Shown piece by piece: positions 37,310-50,883 of a stretch of 64,000 nucleotides of DNA. The position numbers and the translations under genes were made by a program. The notes under the pieces were generated by a model. It made no database searches, was not told the origin of the DNA, and was given only the letters and a program-made list of their open reading frames with translations. This DNA is from Lobosporangium transversale (lineage: Eukaryota): contig NW_019028994.1 in the NCBI RefSeq assembly GCF_002105155.1, forward strand, positions 744,001 through 808,000, given 5' to 3'. The first letter of the stretch is position 1. Each line of letters starts with the position of its first letter.

Positions 37310-38634
37310 ATGTCTGCCATTACTTCAATCTTTCAATATCTCTTCACACATGCCACACATAAAAACAATGCAAAGTTGGCAGTGGCCTTCTTTGCCTTCT
37401 TCCTCTACAAGTACCGTGGCCATGCCCTCGGAACTCGTCGCCGTCATGACCTCAAGGAACCCAAGGGTGCACTTCCCTTTTTGGGACACATGACCCTGCT
37501 CTCCTCTATTCCCCCAACGGAACTTTACCAGTTCTTTGAGAAACTGAATGAGGAACTCGGACCTGTCTGGTCCATTTCCCTTCCTAACCTTCGCATGATT
37601 CAGATTGATACGCCCGAGAACATTGAATATGTACATAAAACCAACTTTTGGAGTTACGAGAAGGGTCCAATGTTCAGAGACGTCATGGGCGTACTCTTTG
37701 GCGATGGTAAACTAATACATCCTACATCCTCCTCCCACTCTACCTCCCCCCTTTGTTTGTATTGGGTGCACTTGCTAGTAAGAAAAAAAAATACTAAACC
37801 GCTCACTCTTTTTTTTTTATTATTATTCTTTTTTTCCTCCTTCAGGAATCTTTGGCGCTGATGGAGAAGAATGGAGGTTCCAACGCAAGCTTGCAAGTCA
37901 TATCTTCAGTGTCAAAGCCTTTCGTGAATACACAACCGATGTCTTCGTTGTCGAAAGTAAAAAAGTCCTTGAACATCTCGGCAGGGCTGCTGATCAAGGC
38001 AAAATTATCGATTTCCATGATTTGATGAACCGTTTCACGCTCGATAGCTTTGGAACGTACGAACCCCCAAAGCTCTTTTACATTAAAGCTACTGTTGAGA
38101 ATACTCTAATTGGTCGATTCTCTAGACTCATCAAACTGACTGACCTTTTCCGCTTCCTCTCTTCCTTTCTCTCTCTATCTGTCTATTTTCTATCTTTCTA
38201 TCTTTCTATCTTTCTATCCTTCCTTTTCCCTTTAACAGAGTCTCGTTTGGAGAAAGTTTTGGCTGTCTCGACGATATTACCAAGGAGGTCGAGTTTGCGT
38301 TTGCGTTTGATGACCTGGCAGAGATTTGCAGTTTCCGCCTCATTGATCCTTTCTGGAAGCTTCGTGAGCGCCTTACGAGTTTGGGCAAGAGAGCCAAGAT
38401 GGATCGAGATGTGATCCGCGGCCATGCGCTCAGAGCCATCCAGAAACGCAAACAAGAAGGTCATCATGGACATCGAAAAGATCTTCTCCAGCTTTTTATG
38501 GATGCCAAGACTGAAAATGGAGAGCCATTATCGGATGATATGATGATTGATATCTTTTTGAATTTCACAGTAAGGTTCTTTTTTATCTCTCTAATGATCT
38601 CTGTGCTGAACTCTAGATTGGCTTTTTTTTGTCT

Positions 38635-38667
<33 letters not shown>

Positions 38668-39548
38668 CCTAGCTTGCAGGACGCGATACTACCGCTCAGG
38701 CATTATCATGGATGATGTATGCTCTCCATTGTGATACCACAGACAAGAGTATTATTAAAGAGCTTATGGAAGAATCAGATAGAGTCCTTGGAGGACAGGA
38801 CCCTACATATGACACATTCAAGAAGCAGAAGATTGCAGAAGCATGGTAATGTTGAGTGGACGACTATTCTATTTTGCTTCTTTTCTGTATCGCGTCCGTA
38901 TAGCTTGCTTGCATATGTGAAGATTATTATGGGACTAACGCTGCATCATCTCTGGTCACTTTCATCTTTTTATCTTTTTCCCTTTTTGACCTGTTTATGA
39001 ATCCCTATAGCTTCCATGAGAGTATGTTAAGAAATCAAAGACTGGAGTTTTGGCGTAAATTTTTCATTCCAAAGATAATTTTGGTGCTCGCAAGACTTAC
39101 ATTTTTATCCTTTCCTTTTTTAAATGTAGCATTGCGCATCTTCCCTCCAGCGCCCCGTAACTTAAGAATCTGCAACAAGGATGATGTTTTACCAGACGGT
39201 ACCAAGATCTACAAGGGCGAGCGAATCACCTGGAGCCCTTATGTGATGGGTCGAAGCGAACGTATCTGGGGTCCTGATGCTAAGCAGTTCAAGCCTTCTC
39301 GCTGGATCAATACTGAGAAGCCATCTCAAGGAAAGTTTAATGTATTCCACGTGGGCCCTCGTGTCTGTCTTGGTCAGCAATTCGCGACTATCGAGTCATT
39401 GACCTTGGCAGGGATGATGTTTGAAGCCTTCGAGTTCGAGCTGGTCGATCCTTCAAATGAGCCCAAGTATGCTGCATCTGTCAGTTTCCCTATGCAAGGT
39501 GGTTTACCCATCCGAGTCTTTAGAAGACCTCCAAAGACCACAGTTTAA
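37310..39548 (+). CDS. Cytochrome P450 (resembles CYP86/CYP704-type fatty-acid hydroxylases), multi-exon
   Basis: GDG|IFGADGEEWRFQRK, I-helix AGRDTT, ExxR (ETLR, via a micro-exon), PERF-like FKPSRW and heme motif FHVGPRVCLG. Confidence 0.9.
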
Positions 39549-39869
39549 AAAATATATATATATTAAGAATAATAATAATAAAAAAAAACTGTTCATATAA
39601 GGATCCGTGGTAGATTTGTGGTATTTAACTTCTCTAAAAAAAGGTTTCTGTGGATAATGAAATGATGATATAGAAGAATAGAGATCATAGAGAGAGGTTC
39701 CTTGCCCGCGAAACGGAATGATCGGATCGATACACTCGGCAAAAATGAATGTGGACTGAGGGGGCATTTTGCTTTGCTATAAAGTATGCGCGTTCTGTCT
39801 TTTTTTTTTTTTTTTTTTTTTTTTACTCCTCAATCTTGCCAACTTCTTTGACAAACTCATCAACTCATT

Positions 39870-40142
39870 ATGCATGTTCAAGACAAGGTTGCCATCATCA
39901 CTGGCGCTTCTTCAGGTCTGTCACATTTTTTTTTTTTTTTTTCTTACAGTTTTCATTTCATTCATGTGTAAGCAACAGCATTAGCTATTTTAGTCGTGAG
40001 TTTTGAACCGATCACTCATTACATTTACATTACTCTTTTTGTTGCAATTAAAAAAAAAAAAAAAAAAAGGTTTCGGTAGAGCACTTGCATTGCGACTCGT
40101 TAGCAAAGGGTAAAGACGCATATAACAAAGAGCACAATTGTA

Positions 40143-40173
<31 letters not shown>

Positions 40174-40275
40174 CATTTTATTAATTAATGATATTTTTGT
40201 TTATAATCAGCGGCAAGGTCATTCTTGCAGATATCGATGTCAAGGATGGAGAACAATTAGCCAAAGAGTTGAATG

Positions 40276-40306
<31 letters not shown>

Positions 40307-40887
40307 GCTAAAAAGTGTTGAAGCTTTTTGCTTTCCGAGCTTGTTTCTAATTGCTTTTTATTTTATTATTCTTTTTTTAATTTAACAGCAAGAACCAAAA
40401 GGTGGCACATTTTATCAAGGTCGATGTTACAAACCCCAATGAGCAAGCAGAGATGTTCCAAGCAGCCGAGAAATATTTCGGAAGGGTTGATATCATCGTG
40501 AACAATGCAGGGATTGCGGAACTTACACCTTTATGGGAGGATGAAAAGGGAACCTGGAGAAGAGTGCTGGATGTTGATCTTATTGCAGTTATTGAAGGAA
40601 CCCGTCTTGGAATTCAGGCCTTAAAAAAACATGGTCAAGGAGGAAGAGGCGGAGTTATTATCAACACAGCCTCATTGGCGGGTATTTACCCTCAATCATA
40701 CGTACCAGCGTACTCGGCAGCAAAGTCTGGCGTCATCGCCCTCACTCGTTCATTCAAGAACTTTGGCGATAATATTCGTGTGAACGCTGTGGCACCGAGG
40801 TGTGGCTCAATACTTGTTACTTTTTTTGTTTCGAAAAAAGGATACAATCTTTTTAGAAAATCATTTCTAACCCCATTCCCGCCCCTG

Positions 40888-40922
<35 letters not shown>

Positions 40923-41125
40923 GACACAGCTTTAGCGAGACAAAGATTTTTCCTGCGTTCGAAGAAGCATTCAAGGCCCTTGGGGAGACCTTTAATCCTG
41001 TCGAGCGGGTCATTGATGCATTTATGATGCTGATCGAAGACGATTCTTATAGAGGCGATGTCTTACGAGTTACTCCTCAGTACGGCATTACTGTCCTGGA
41101 CCGTAGAGGTAAAGCCAAGCTTTGA
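39870..41125 (+). CDS. Short-chain dehydrogenase/reductase (15-PGDH-like) ending in PTS1 -AKL, 5 exons
   Basis: TGASSG|FG, NNAG, YSAAK and IRVNAVAP. The last exon ends RGKAKL-TGA. Confidence 0.88.
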
Positions 41126-42167
41126 GTGACAATGACAGGAAAGTATCAATGTGACTGCTGGCAAAAATTGTCGCGTGAACTAGTGACCTAGGGGGATTTT
41201 GTTTATTAAAATGTCAAAAACGAATCTCCAAACTTTGTTTCTTAATGTCCATATCCACATGTGTAAAAAAAAAAAAAAAAAAAAAAAGCGACAAAGAGCT
41301 TTTTTATTTAAAAGAGATGAGATGAAATGAGCTTGTTATGGATCTTTACGAGAGGGAAATAAAGGGCTGAAGACTTTGTCTTTGACGATGCGTCAGATCA
41401 AGCTTAAACACTGCGCATCATAAACATGCCTATTGGTTCTTTGTACCTACAATATGACCAAACAAAATAATAATAAAAAAGACCCGAGATAAGAGAGCGT
41501 CAACCTGTGGCATGTAACATTGCCTGGAACAATGCCATACATGTTTGCTGTTGGATCTATAATGTGGCGAATATCGCATGATGCATGGAAAAAGAAAGTA
41601 AACTTGGACAAAAAAAAAACTTATCTCAAAGCGTATTAAACACGTTGACTTATCGGGCAAAAAAAAAAAACGTGGTTGGGACTGTCATTTCAATGGAAAA
41701 AGACGCGCTCACAGAGGAGGAGGAAAATAACAAAAATTTGTTTGGTGGTAGAACGAATACAAACACGCGTATCTGCTCCGAAAATGGGACAGGAGCACAG
41801 AGAAGCAAGCATATCCACATGAACATGCATTTATTTTCTGAGCCTATCCCTTGCAATTACATGATGCTTAAAGGGAAAGGCAATGATGTTTTTCATGTGT
41901 AGTCAGTGCATGAGATAAGGATATGTGGCGCTGCCAACTGCAATTACATTTACATCTAATACGATACATTGTGCCATCTTGCATTAAACACAAAATGGGG
42001 GGCCACACTCATCAACGGTCTTTTTCTGTTTTTTTTTTTTTTTTTTTTTCTCCTTTCCGACTACATCCACGAATCTTTCTTTTCCGATGTTTAGTAATGT
42101 TGACTCGAGACCATCATCATCAAGACATGAGGAACGGTCCGTGGTCTAACTCCAGACTTTAGAGCCT

Positions 42168-42175
42168 TATAAATA
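42168..42175 (+). promoter_or_regulatory. Candidate TATA box of the urea transporter gene
   Basis: TATAAATA about 360 bp upstream of the ATG, followed by pyrimidine-rich sequence. Confidence 0.35.
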
Positions 42176-42531
42176 CCAGGCACCTCGCCCTGATCTTTCT
42201 CCTTGGTACAGCCTTCCTCAAGATCCTCTCTTAACCCATCTCTTACTCCCCACCAATCTGATTACCAGCTTTCATCTTGGTTTGCTTGGAGATCGATAGG
42301 ACAAAACGGCCAAAAAAAAGAAAGAAAAAAAAAAGCGTTCATCAGTGGTAGATGCCCCTCGTTTATGCCTATTTAAATCAATTTGGTCCCCCTTTTTCTA
42401 TCTTTACAACTCCATCCTTTTTCTTGAATACCACCATACCACCATACCAATATTTTTATACACCTCAACTCTTGACTGCTTCAGTTTCAGTGGTGAAAAA
42501 AAAAAAAAAAGAAAGAAAATAAAAACCCAAA

Positions 42532-44879
42532 ATGGTTGCTGTTTTGAACCAAGGCTTAGGATATGGAATCGGTAAGTGATATGCAAAACATGTTTAACAT
42601 TCTTTGTAATTTTTGCTTGACAGCCGGACTGATAGAGGTTGCAATTTTATTTTTTTAAAAAAAAAAAAAAGTCTTGGGTTTCGGACTGGTATTTGCAGGT
42701 ATCATGACCTTGATCACTATGATCCAAAAGCGTTTCTTGGGCGAGAAGATTACCTCGGAAGAATACATGGCTGCTGGTCGAAATGTTAAGACGGGCTTAG
42801 TTGCTTCAGCTGTTGTGTCATCATGGACATGGGCAGCTACTTTGTTACAGTCATCCTCGGTTGCTTACAAATATGGTATTTCAGGTCCTTTTTGGTATGC
42901 CTCTGGAGCTAGTGTACAGGTAAAACACACAGCAGTATTATCACCTCCGCCGCTACAAAGAAGAAAATAACGAAGAGCTTGACTTCCACCGAGGATTCTC
43001 TGACCATCTGAGGGGTTTTTTTTTTTTTTTTTTTTTTTCTTTTTGCCAAACAGGTGTTACTGTTTTCAGTTCTGGCTATCGAATTGAAGCGCAAGTGTCC
43101 TAACGCACACACTTTTCTTGAGATTATCTCAATCCGCTATGGCCGCAAAGCTCATTTCGTTTTCTTGTTCTTTGGACTACTTACTAATATCATTGTCAGT
43201 GCAATGCTATTACTCGGTGGTTCTGCAGTGGTAACTGCTTTGACGGGGATGAACACTATTGCAGCCTGCTTCCTGTTACCTCTAGGTGTGATTATCTATA
43301 CACTCTTTGGAGGTCTCAAAGCGACATTCGTGGCAGATTATACACACACAGTTGTCATTATGTTCATCGTCCTGCTCTTCAGCTTTACTGCGTATGCGAG
43401 CTCAGATCTGATTGGAAGCCCCGGTAGGATGTATGATCTATTGCATGAAGCTGCTGAACGTCATCCGGTCAGCGGAAACCATGCAGGAAGCTATTTAACG
43501 ATGGCCAGCTCACAGGGACTGATGTTCGGTATAATCAACTTGTGCTCCAACTTTGGAACGGTCTTTATCGATAATGCCTACTGGCAGCGTGCCATAGCTG
43601 CTTCTCCCCATTCGACAGTCAAGGCTTACCTGATCGGCGGCCTCTCCTGGTTTGCTATCCCCTTCACATTGGCGACAACACTCGGTATTGCGGCAGTAGC
43701 CCTTGAATCGAACGAACGTTTCCCAACATTCCCCAATCGTATCTTACCCAGTGATGTCTCGGCTGGTCTGGTGGCTCCTAATGCAGCTGTTGCACTATTA
43801 GGCACAGGAGGAGCCGTGGCGGTTTTGCTATTGGTTTTTATGGCGGTTACTTCCGCTGCCAGTGCTGAGCTGATTGCGGTTAGTTCTGTCTGCACCTTTG
43901 ATGTCTACAGAGCCTATATTAATCCTATGGCTACTGGTAAACAGCTCATCAGAGTCTCGCATGCGGTTGTCGCCGGATTTGGAATCATCATGGGTGTCCT
44001 TGCTGTGATTCTTAAAGAGGCAGGAATAGATCTTGGATATCTTTATTCTTTAGTAAGGAAGAAATGAAAAAAAAAAAAGAAAAAAAAAAAGAAAAAAAAA
44101 AGGTTGATTAAGTCTAATTGATTTTTTATTTTATGGTTTGATAGATGGGTGTGTTGATCTCCTCCGCTGTGCTCCCAGTGACATTTTCACTCATGTGGAA
44201 GAAACAGAATGCATTGGCTGCAATTGCTGGTCCCATTGGAGGACTATGTATCTCCATTCCTGCTTGGCTCATCTGTGCGAAGTTGTATTCGGGTGAAATC
44301 ACTATTGCAACCACTAGCACGGATCAGGCGATGTTGGCTGGCAACCTGGCAGCGTTGATCAGTGGCGGATTGATTTCAGCCATCATTTCATGGATCAAGC
44401 CCGACAACTACACGTTTGAAGGTACACGATCATTGCGACAGGTCACGGATGACGCTACGCCCACACCTGAAAGTAATAATTCAACGGAAGATATATCTGT
44501 GATGGATGAGAAGAAAGAGTCAAAGATTAGAGTGACAACAACAACGACAGCTGTAGAAGTGACGCAGCCCAAGGAAGAGTGGAGCTTTGATGCTGAAGAG
44601 GATGCCAAGCTGGCAAGGGCCTCGAGGTTTGCTCGCTGGAGTTCTGGTACGATGACGGTGGTCTTGATCCTTCTGTGGCCTTTGCCCATGTTCTTTTCGA
44701 ATTATGTGTTCTCTCGTGGCTTCTATACCGGATGGGTGATACTCAGTATTATTTGGGCCATCTGTTCGACCATTGCAGTAACGATCTACCCGATTTGGGA
44801 GTCGCGTGGAGCCATTGGAGAGGTCTTTAAGGGGATGTATAACTTTATTACCGAAAAGCAATCTACTGCGGTTGTTTAA
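42532..44879 (+). CDS. DUR3: Urea active transporter (sodium:solute symporter family), 4 exons
   Basis: [60 protein letters not shown] and [10 protein letters not shown]. Confidence 0.92.
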
Positions 44880-45397
44880 ACGAGAGAAGAGAGGCGGTCT
44901 TGTATACGACTTTTAGTCTGTTTTCATAACAATAATAAACAAAAGATTTAGAGTGTGTGTTTGTGTTGAACGCATTTGAAATGTGGAGATCTTGTTCCAC
45001 ATGTCATGCGCACTATTGTAATCTTATCGCGTCCAACTGTGTCATAAACAAATTCACCCTTCCACCCAGTTGCAGATCAAAAAAAAAAAAAAAAAAAAGT
45101 CTTGTTTGCCATGTTCTATTCTGCCCTGTCCTATCTTAGGCCTGCCTTTGTCTTTATCTCGATCCTTTATCTTTCTATCAATCTATTTCCTTCCCTATCT
45201 TTCTTTTTTTTTTATTCTTTTTTATCATTCTCCTTTCTTCACCTACTTTCAACCGCCATTGCCATCACAAGTCTCAACCAAAAGCATTTCAACTTCATTT
45301 GTGCATCTCATTCCTGTTGTACATTTGATCTTTTTATAATCTTGTAACATACTCCTACTTTCATTCAACTGATCCTCAACATCATCCCTCTTACCCG

Positions 45398-46727
45398 ATG
45401 GCAACTTCAGATCCTCTTCCTTCCTCTCCCTCAGCTCATTCCCCCAACAACACTTCTCGCACGGTACCATTGACAGAACTACCAGAAACGAGTCAGATCA
45501 TCCTCAGTAATAAGCCCAGACTTATCAATGTCACTCATCAGATCCCATATACCGGCACCCTCGTCCCTCGCAATTCATCGTCCTCCTTCAATGCATCCCC
45601 TGCGGCTGCTACTGCTACTTCTTCAGGAACAGAACCGATCACAGGATCAGGATCGGAATCTGGATTAGGACTAGGACCATCCATAGCCAATAGGCGTGCC
45701 TCATCTATTACATCGCTAACCTCACGCCAAAGCGGGGAAGTAGAGGTAGAATGGGTCTTTCAACAACGGCGTGGCCACTCAGCTTTGTACTCTGGAATCC
45801 AATCACTCCGTCAGGAACTAGATACTATCCAGATCGGCTGGGTTGGTGAGCTAGCTGATCAAGACGGATATGTCATTCCCTGCAAGAACTTGACAGAGTC
45901 ACACAAACAAACCTTGAAGGACTTGTTCTGGGACAAGGAAAAGGTCGTACCCATCTTTTTGGACGATAGCCGTGCCATGGGCCATTACGAAGGATATTGC
46001 AAATCAGGCATGTTACTGTAGTCCTATGATCATTGAAAGGCCTAAAAAAAAAAAAAAGCCCTTTACGCTACTAAAAGAAACCTGAATCAACGCACGAGCC
46101 AACTGTTAATAACTTCGGATTTCACTTTCTTTTAATTACAAATAGTTCTTTGGCCATTGTTTCACTATATCTTATGGAACCAAGCGACAAACGGCAGGAC
46201 CGAAAAGAGAAACTGGGATGATTATGTGTTTGTGAACCAACAATTTGCGGACACCATTGTTGAGCAATATCAACAAGGCGATATCAGTAAGAAAATTTTT
46301 TTATTATCATTCATATTTCAAATTTACGAGATGTTTCTGAAATCTAATCAATTCTAATATCACAAATATGATTCACATGATAGTTTGGATTCATGACTAT
46401 CACCTTCTCTTGGTCCCACATATGGTTCGCCAAAAGCTTCCGGGTGCAGCAATCAGTGTCTTTATCCATGCACCATTCCCATCTTCCGAGATCTTTAGAT
46501 GTCTACCAAGTAAGTTTTAGTTATCATTCAAAATCATCTTTTTCTGTCTTGTTATCATAATACAATATACCAAAGTCACTTAGCGCCCTGTTTATACTGA
46601 TTTCTTTATCTTGTAATACATTAAAATATTCTGTGCTTAGAGCGCGTTGAGATCCTGAATGGTCTCTTGGGAGCAAATCAAATCGGTTTTCAGGTATAGA
46701 GAAAGAATGATAAAGAGAACAAGCATG

Positions 46728-46758
<31 letters not shown>

Positions 46759-47600
46759 ACGTTGTCATGTAATCCGTCAACTCTTGTATAGACATATGCC
46801 TATGCCAGACATTTCATTAGCTGTTGTACACGTGTTAATGGGTATGAATCAACACCACGCGGTGTTGATGCGATGGGCTCCACTGTGTGGGTAGGAACAT
46901 TCCCAATTGGCATTGATGCCGAAAGAGTCGAACGTCAGTGCAAATCATCAGGCGTCCTACCAAAGATGGATGCTATCCGCAAGACCTATAAAGGAACACG
47001 CATTATTGTCGGGCGAGACAAATTGGATCTTGTGAAGGGCGTTCAACAGAAATTGCAGGCATTTGAAAAATTCTTGAGTGACTATCCGGAATTACATGGT
47101 CAGGTGGTTCTGATTCAGGTCACATCTCCCCCATTGGTGGAAAATCCAAAACTGGAAGCCAAGGTTGCAGAAATGGTTGCTCACATCAACGGAACTTATG
47201 GATCTCTCAACTTTACGCCTGTACACCACTACCATCAACACATTGATCGGGATGAATATTATGCTCTACTATCTGTTGCAGATATCGGCTTGATCACTTC
47301 TGTGAGAGACGGCATGAATACGACCTCATTGGAGTACATCATGTGCCAATCAGAAAACCATGGACCTCTTATTTTGAGTGAATTTACTGGAACAGCTGGT
47401 AGTTTGAGTGGCGCTATGCTGGTCAACCCATGGGATTACCAAGGAGTGGCCAAAACAATTTATGATGCTTTGAATCTAAGCGAAGAGGACAAACGTGATC
47501 GTCATGCCGTAAGTGGCTTCCATCTATAGTGTTGCTGAACAAGTAAATATTGATGATGATGTGATGATGAAGCTAAGCAGGTTTTCTAACTTGATACCAT

Positions 47601-47633
<33 letters not shown>

Positions 47634-49002
47634 TCTATATAGCAACTCCACAAGCATGTTCTCCGTCACACTGCTCAGTTTTGGGCTAAAAGCTTTATCG
47701 AGGAATTGACATTGCATGCATCTACCTGGGATCAGTCTACCCCGACTCCATATCTTGATCACGATAATATTATTGATCAATACCACAAGGCCAAGAAGCG
47801 TCTTCTCATGTTTGACTATGATGTATGCCTTAAAGATCGTCCTATCTACTATATACTGTCACAGTAAAAAAAATAAAAAAAAAAAAAAAAAAAGGGGGGT
47901 GTTCAAAAAACTAACCGATTCTTTTTTCTACTTATTCAAATACTTTAGGGAACATTGACACCCATTAGAAAAACACCGGGTGCAGCGGTTCCTCAGGAAC
48001 ATATGCTGAAGGCCTTATCAGCGCTTGCAGCTGACCCCAAGAATATAGTTTGGATCATCTCTGGTCGAGATCAGCAAGTTTTGGAGGAATGGCTAGGTCA
48101 TGTAGAAGGCTTGGGCTTCAGTGCCGAGCATGGGTCGTTCATGAGACAACCAGGAAGCACAAAATGGTCCAATCTGACAGAGACATTGGATATGAGCTGG
48201 AAGAATGATGTGACTGAGATTTTTGCATATTACACAGAGCGTACTCAAGGTAAACATTTGATCTATTCAATCACGGTATTGTAGGATCTGTCATAAAGTG
48301 CATAATGTATTCATCTCTGTTTTGTAATCATTGATTTGGTTAATAGGGTCCTTTATCGAGCATAAGCGATCCTCAATAACGTGGCACTATCGCATGGCCG
48401 ATCCGGAATTTGGGGCTTTCCAGGCTAAAGAGTGTCAGAACCATCTCGAGAATGCAGTCCTCTCCAAGCTGCCCGTGGAGATTCTTGTAGGCAAAAAGAA
48501 TCTTGAAGCCCGTCCGACCATTGTTAACAAAGGAGAGATTGTCAAAAGACTGCTGAGCCAGCATCCGGATGTCGAGTTTGTATTGTGTGCTGGAGATGAT
48601 AAAACAGATGAAGACATGTTTAGAGCTATGGCCGGAAGTAATAATGCACACAACAGTCGGAAAGATTCAAGCACAGTCATTGAATCCTACAAGGAGACCC
48701 ATGCTACAGAGACGGAGGCCAAGTCGAGCGAGGTTACGAATGATTCCTTTGTGAGCCAGGATGGATCCAAAATGGCCACTACCTCTGATGATGCATCTTC
48801 TACATCTTCTGCATCCTCAATCAGAACGGATTCGTCGCTTTCATCCCAGTCAGCTCTGTCCTCGCATTCGAACAGTATCTCTGGACATTTCTCCATCACC
48901 ATTGGTCATGCTCTCAAAAAGACGCTCGCTGACTGGCATGTCACCAGCCCTGAAGAGTTGATCCGAGTGCTTGGTATCCTCTCTGGCACTATAGACAATT
49001 GA
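45398..49002 (+). CDS. TPS2: Trehalose-6-phosphate phosphatase/synthase (GT20 + HAD domains), multi-exon
   Basis: LWPLFHY, WIHDYHL, PIGID, GRDKLDLVKG and RDGMN. HAD motifs FDYD|GTL, SGRD, AEHG and GDDKTDEDMF are intact. Confidence 0.88.
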
Positions 49003-49633
49003 TTTCCATGATATTTTTGCATAAAGTTAAAAAGTACGTTTTCTTCTTTAAACTTTAAAGCCCCACAATGTGTTGAAGCCATTTAAAAAACTGTTTTTAA
49101 AGAAGCAAGCGGGCAATCGTGGGAGTACAACGCAAACCTCTCTCGAAATACACTATAGACGTGACTGTGAAAGATTGCTGATTCCTAACTAGTCTAAGCG
49201 TGTTTGCTTACACACACAAATCTTCTAGACTACGCTAATTTAATGTAGCATTGAATTGATTGAATTGGATGAAAAATATTTTGTAGACAGATAGTAAGAA
49301 AAGTAAGTGAGAATAAGATGTGGGTCCACACACCACACCCATGGGATATTTATTCATTTCTGATAGAGGGACTTGTACCAGGTAACTACGTATCTATCTA
49401 TGAGATGACAAAGGTTCGTTCTAAAAATCTCATATCCAAAGATTTATCGCGTCAATGTGTGGCGCGTTATTGCCACCAATTTCTACTGCTAATCTTTTTT
49501 AACGTATATTAATTTTGGTTGGAAATTTGGTATTTTTCCTAGTTTTTTTCTAGCTAGGCTATCATATTATTGTATACTGTCAAATATGCAGCATATTATA
49601 TAAACACTGCCCTGTTTGTGCTGTGTAGTTTGC

Positions 49634-50054
49634 TTAATAGTGAATGATGTCGCTACGTTCTTTTTCTGGAGGCTTAACTTCTCCCATGAGACCCACTATC
49701 TCTGAATTAAAGACCGTGGGGAAAGCTCGACATGGAACCTCAATAAAAAAGTTTGATCTTACTCCTTTATCATGTCCAGATTTTGTAGCGTTCCCGGAGT
49801 CATGTTTTAATATTATACAGTAATATAAAGTAGCTTCGTTGCCCGAACAGAACATCTAAGAAATAATGGAGGCGGGTCAAGATAAAGCCTATCTCCCCTT
49901 GTTCTTTCTTTCTTTTGCCTGATGTGACCGATCCATTTGTCTTTTGTTGTTGTGTTCTTTTAGCTCCTGATACAACAGATTCACTACCTGAATTTGAAAC
50001 AGCATCAGAGGAAGTCGTTTCACTGATGGAGCTTAAACGATTACAAAACAACAA
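49634..50054 (-). pseudogene. Possible degenerate coding fragment of a multicopy family
   Basis: Two overlapping short ORFs in different frames with protein-like text (DKGVRSNFFIEVP...VGLMGEVKPP) and no intact gene structure. Confidence 0.25.
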
Positions 50055-50579
50055 ATCAAGATATCAATGGCGTCAAAATTAACTAAACATTCCTATACCA
50101 TCCTTCTTGTTATTAAAGAGTCGACCTTGTCGCTCTTTTTAGTTAGACCGTTTCAAATATATATGCTTTACTTAACAAAATTCTTGTAATTGAAATGGAG
50201 TCGGTAAAGCCATGTTGGTCAAGTCATAAGCTATTGTATGTCCTAATTATGGTTGAAGGGTTAAGTATTTCAGGCCATACTGCATCGCACGCAACGAAGT
50301 CACAGACATACAGCATACTTTCCCCAGAATGGCCTATATACAGCCTCGCTCAGTTATCATGATGAGCTCCTTGCAAGAGAGACAACATGCAGCCCATGTA
50401 CGGTGACACCATGTTAGTTATCAGCGAAGTGTAAAAACATTTCAGGTCGTACTATATTGCACACATCGAAGACACAGACATATAGCGTGGTTATTCCCAA
50501 AATATTAATACCGCCTTACTGATCAGAAATGTATTTGTTACTATTACCTTAAGCTGACGAGAGAAAGAAGAGATAGAGA

Positions 50580-50615
<36 letters not shown>

Positions 50616-50883
50616 TGCTCTTCTTGTGAGTGTATGGGTGATTAATCGAGGACAAGACAATAAAAAAATGTGAAAGAATGCAGCGATGTGGAAGGAGCTG
50701 AACAATCAAACAAAAAAAGTAGGCAGTGAGAGAGGAGAGATGGAGTGGGCGGTGAAACTGAGGTATAAAAAAAATGCGCAGTAGAAAAATAATCAGACGC
50801 GTAAATGAGAAAATTGGGCTTTAATTAAACAGAGTTGATCCCATACGGCATATGATAAGGTTAATTGTATATGGATGAGTTCT

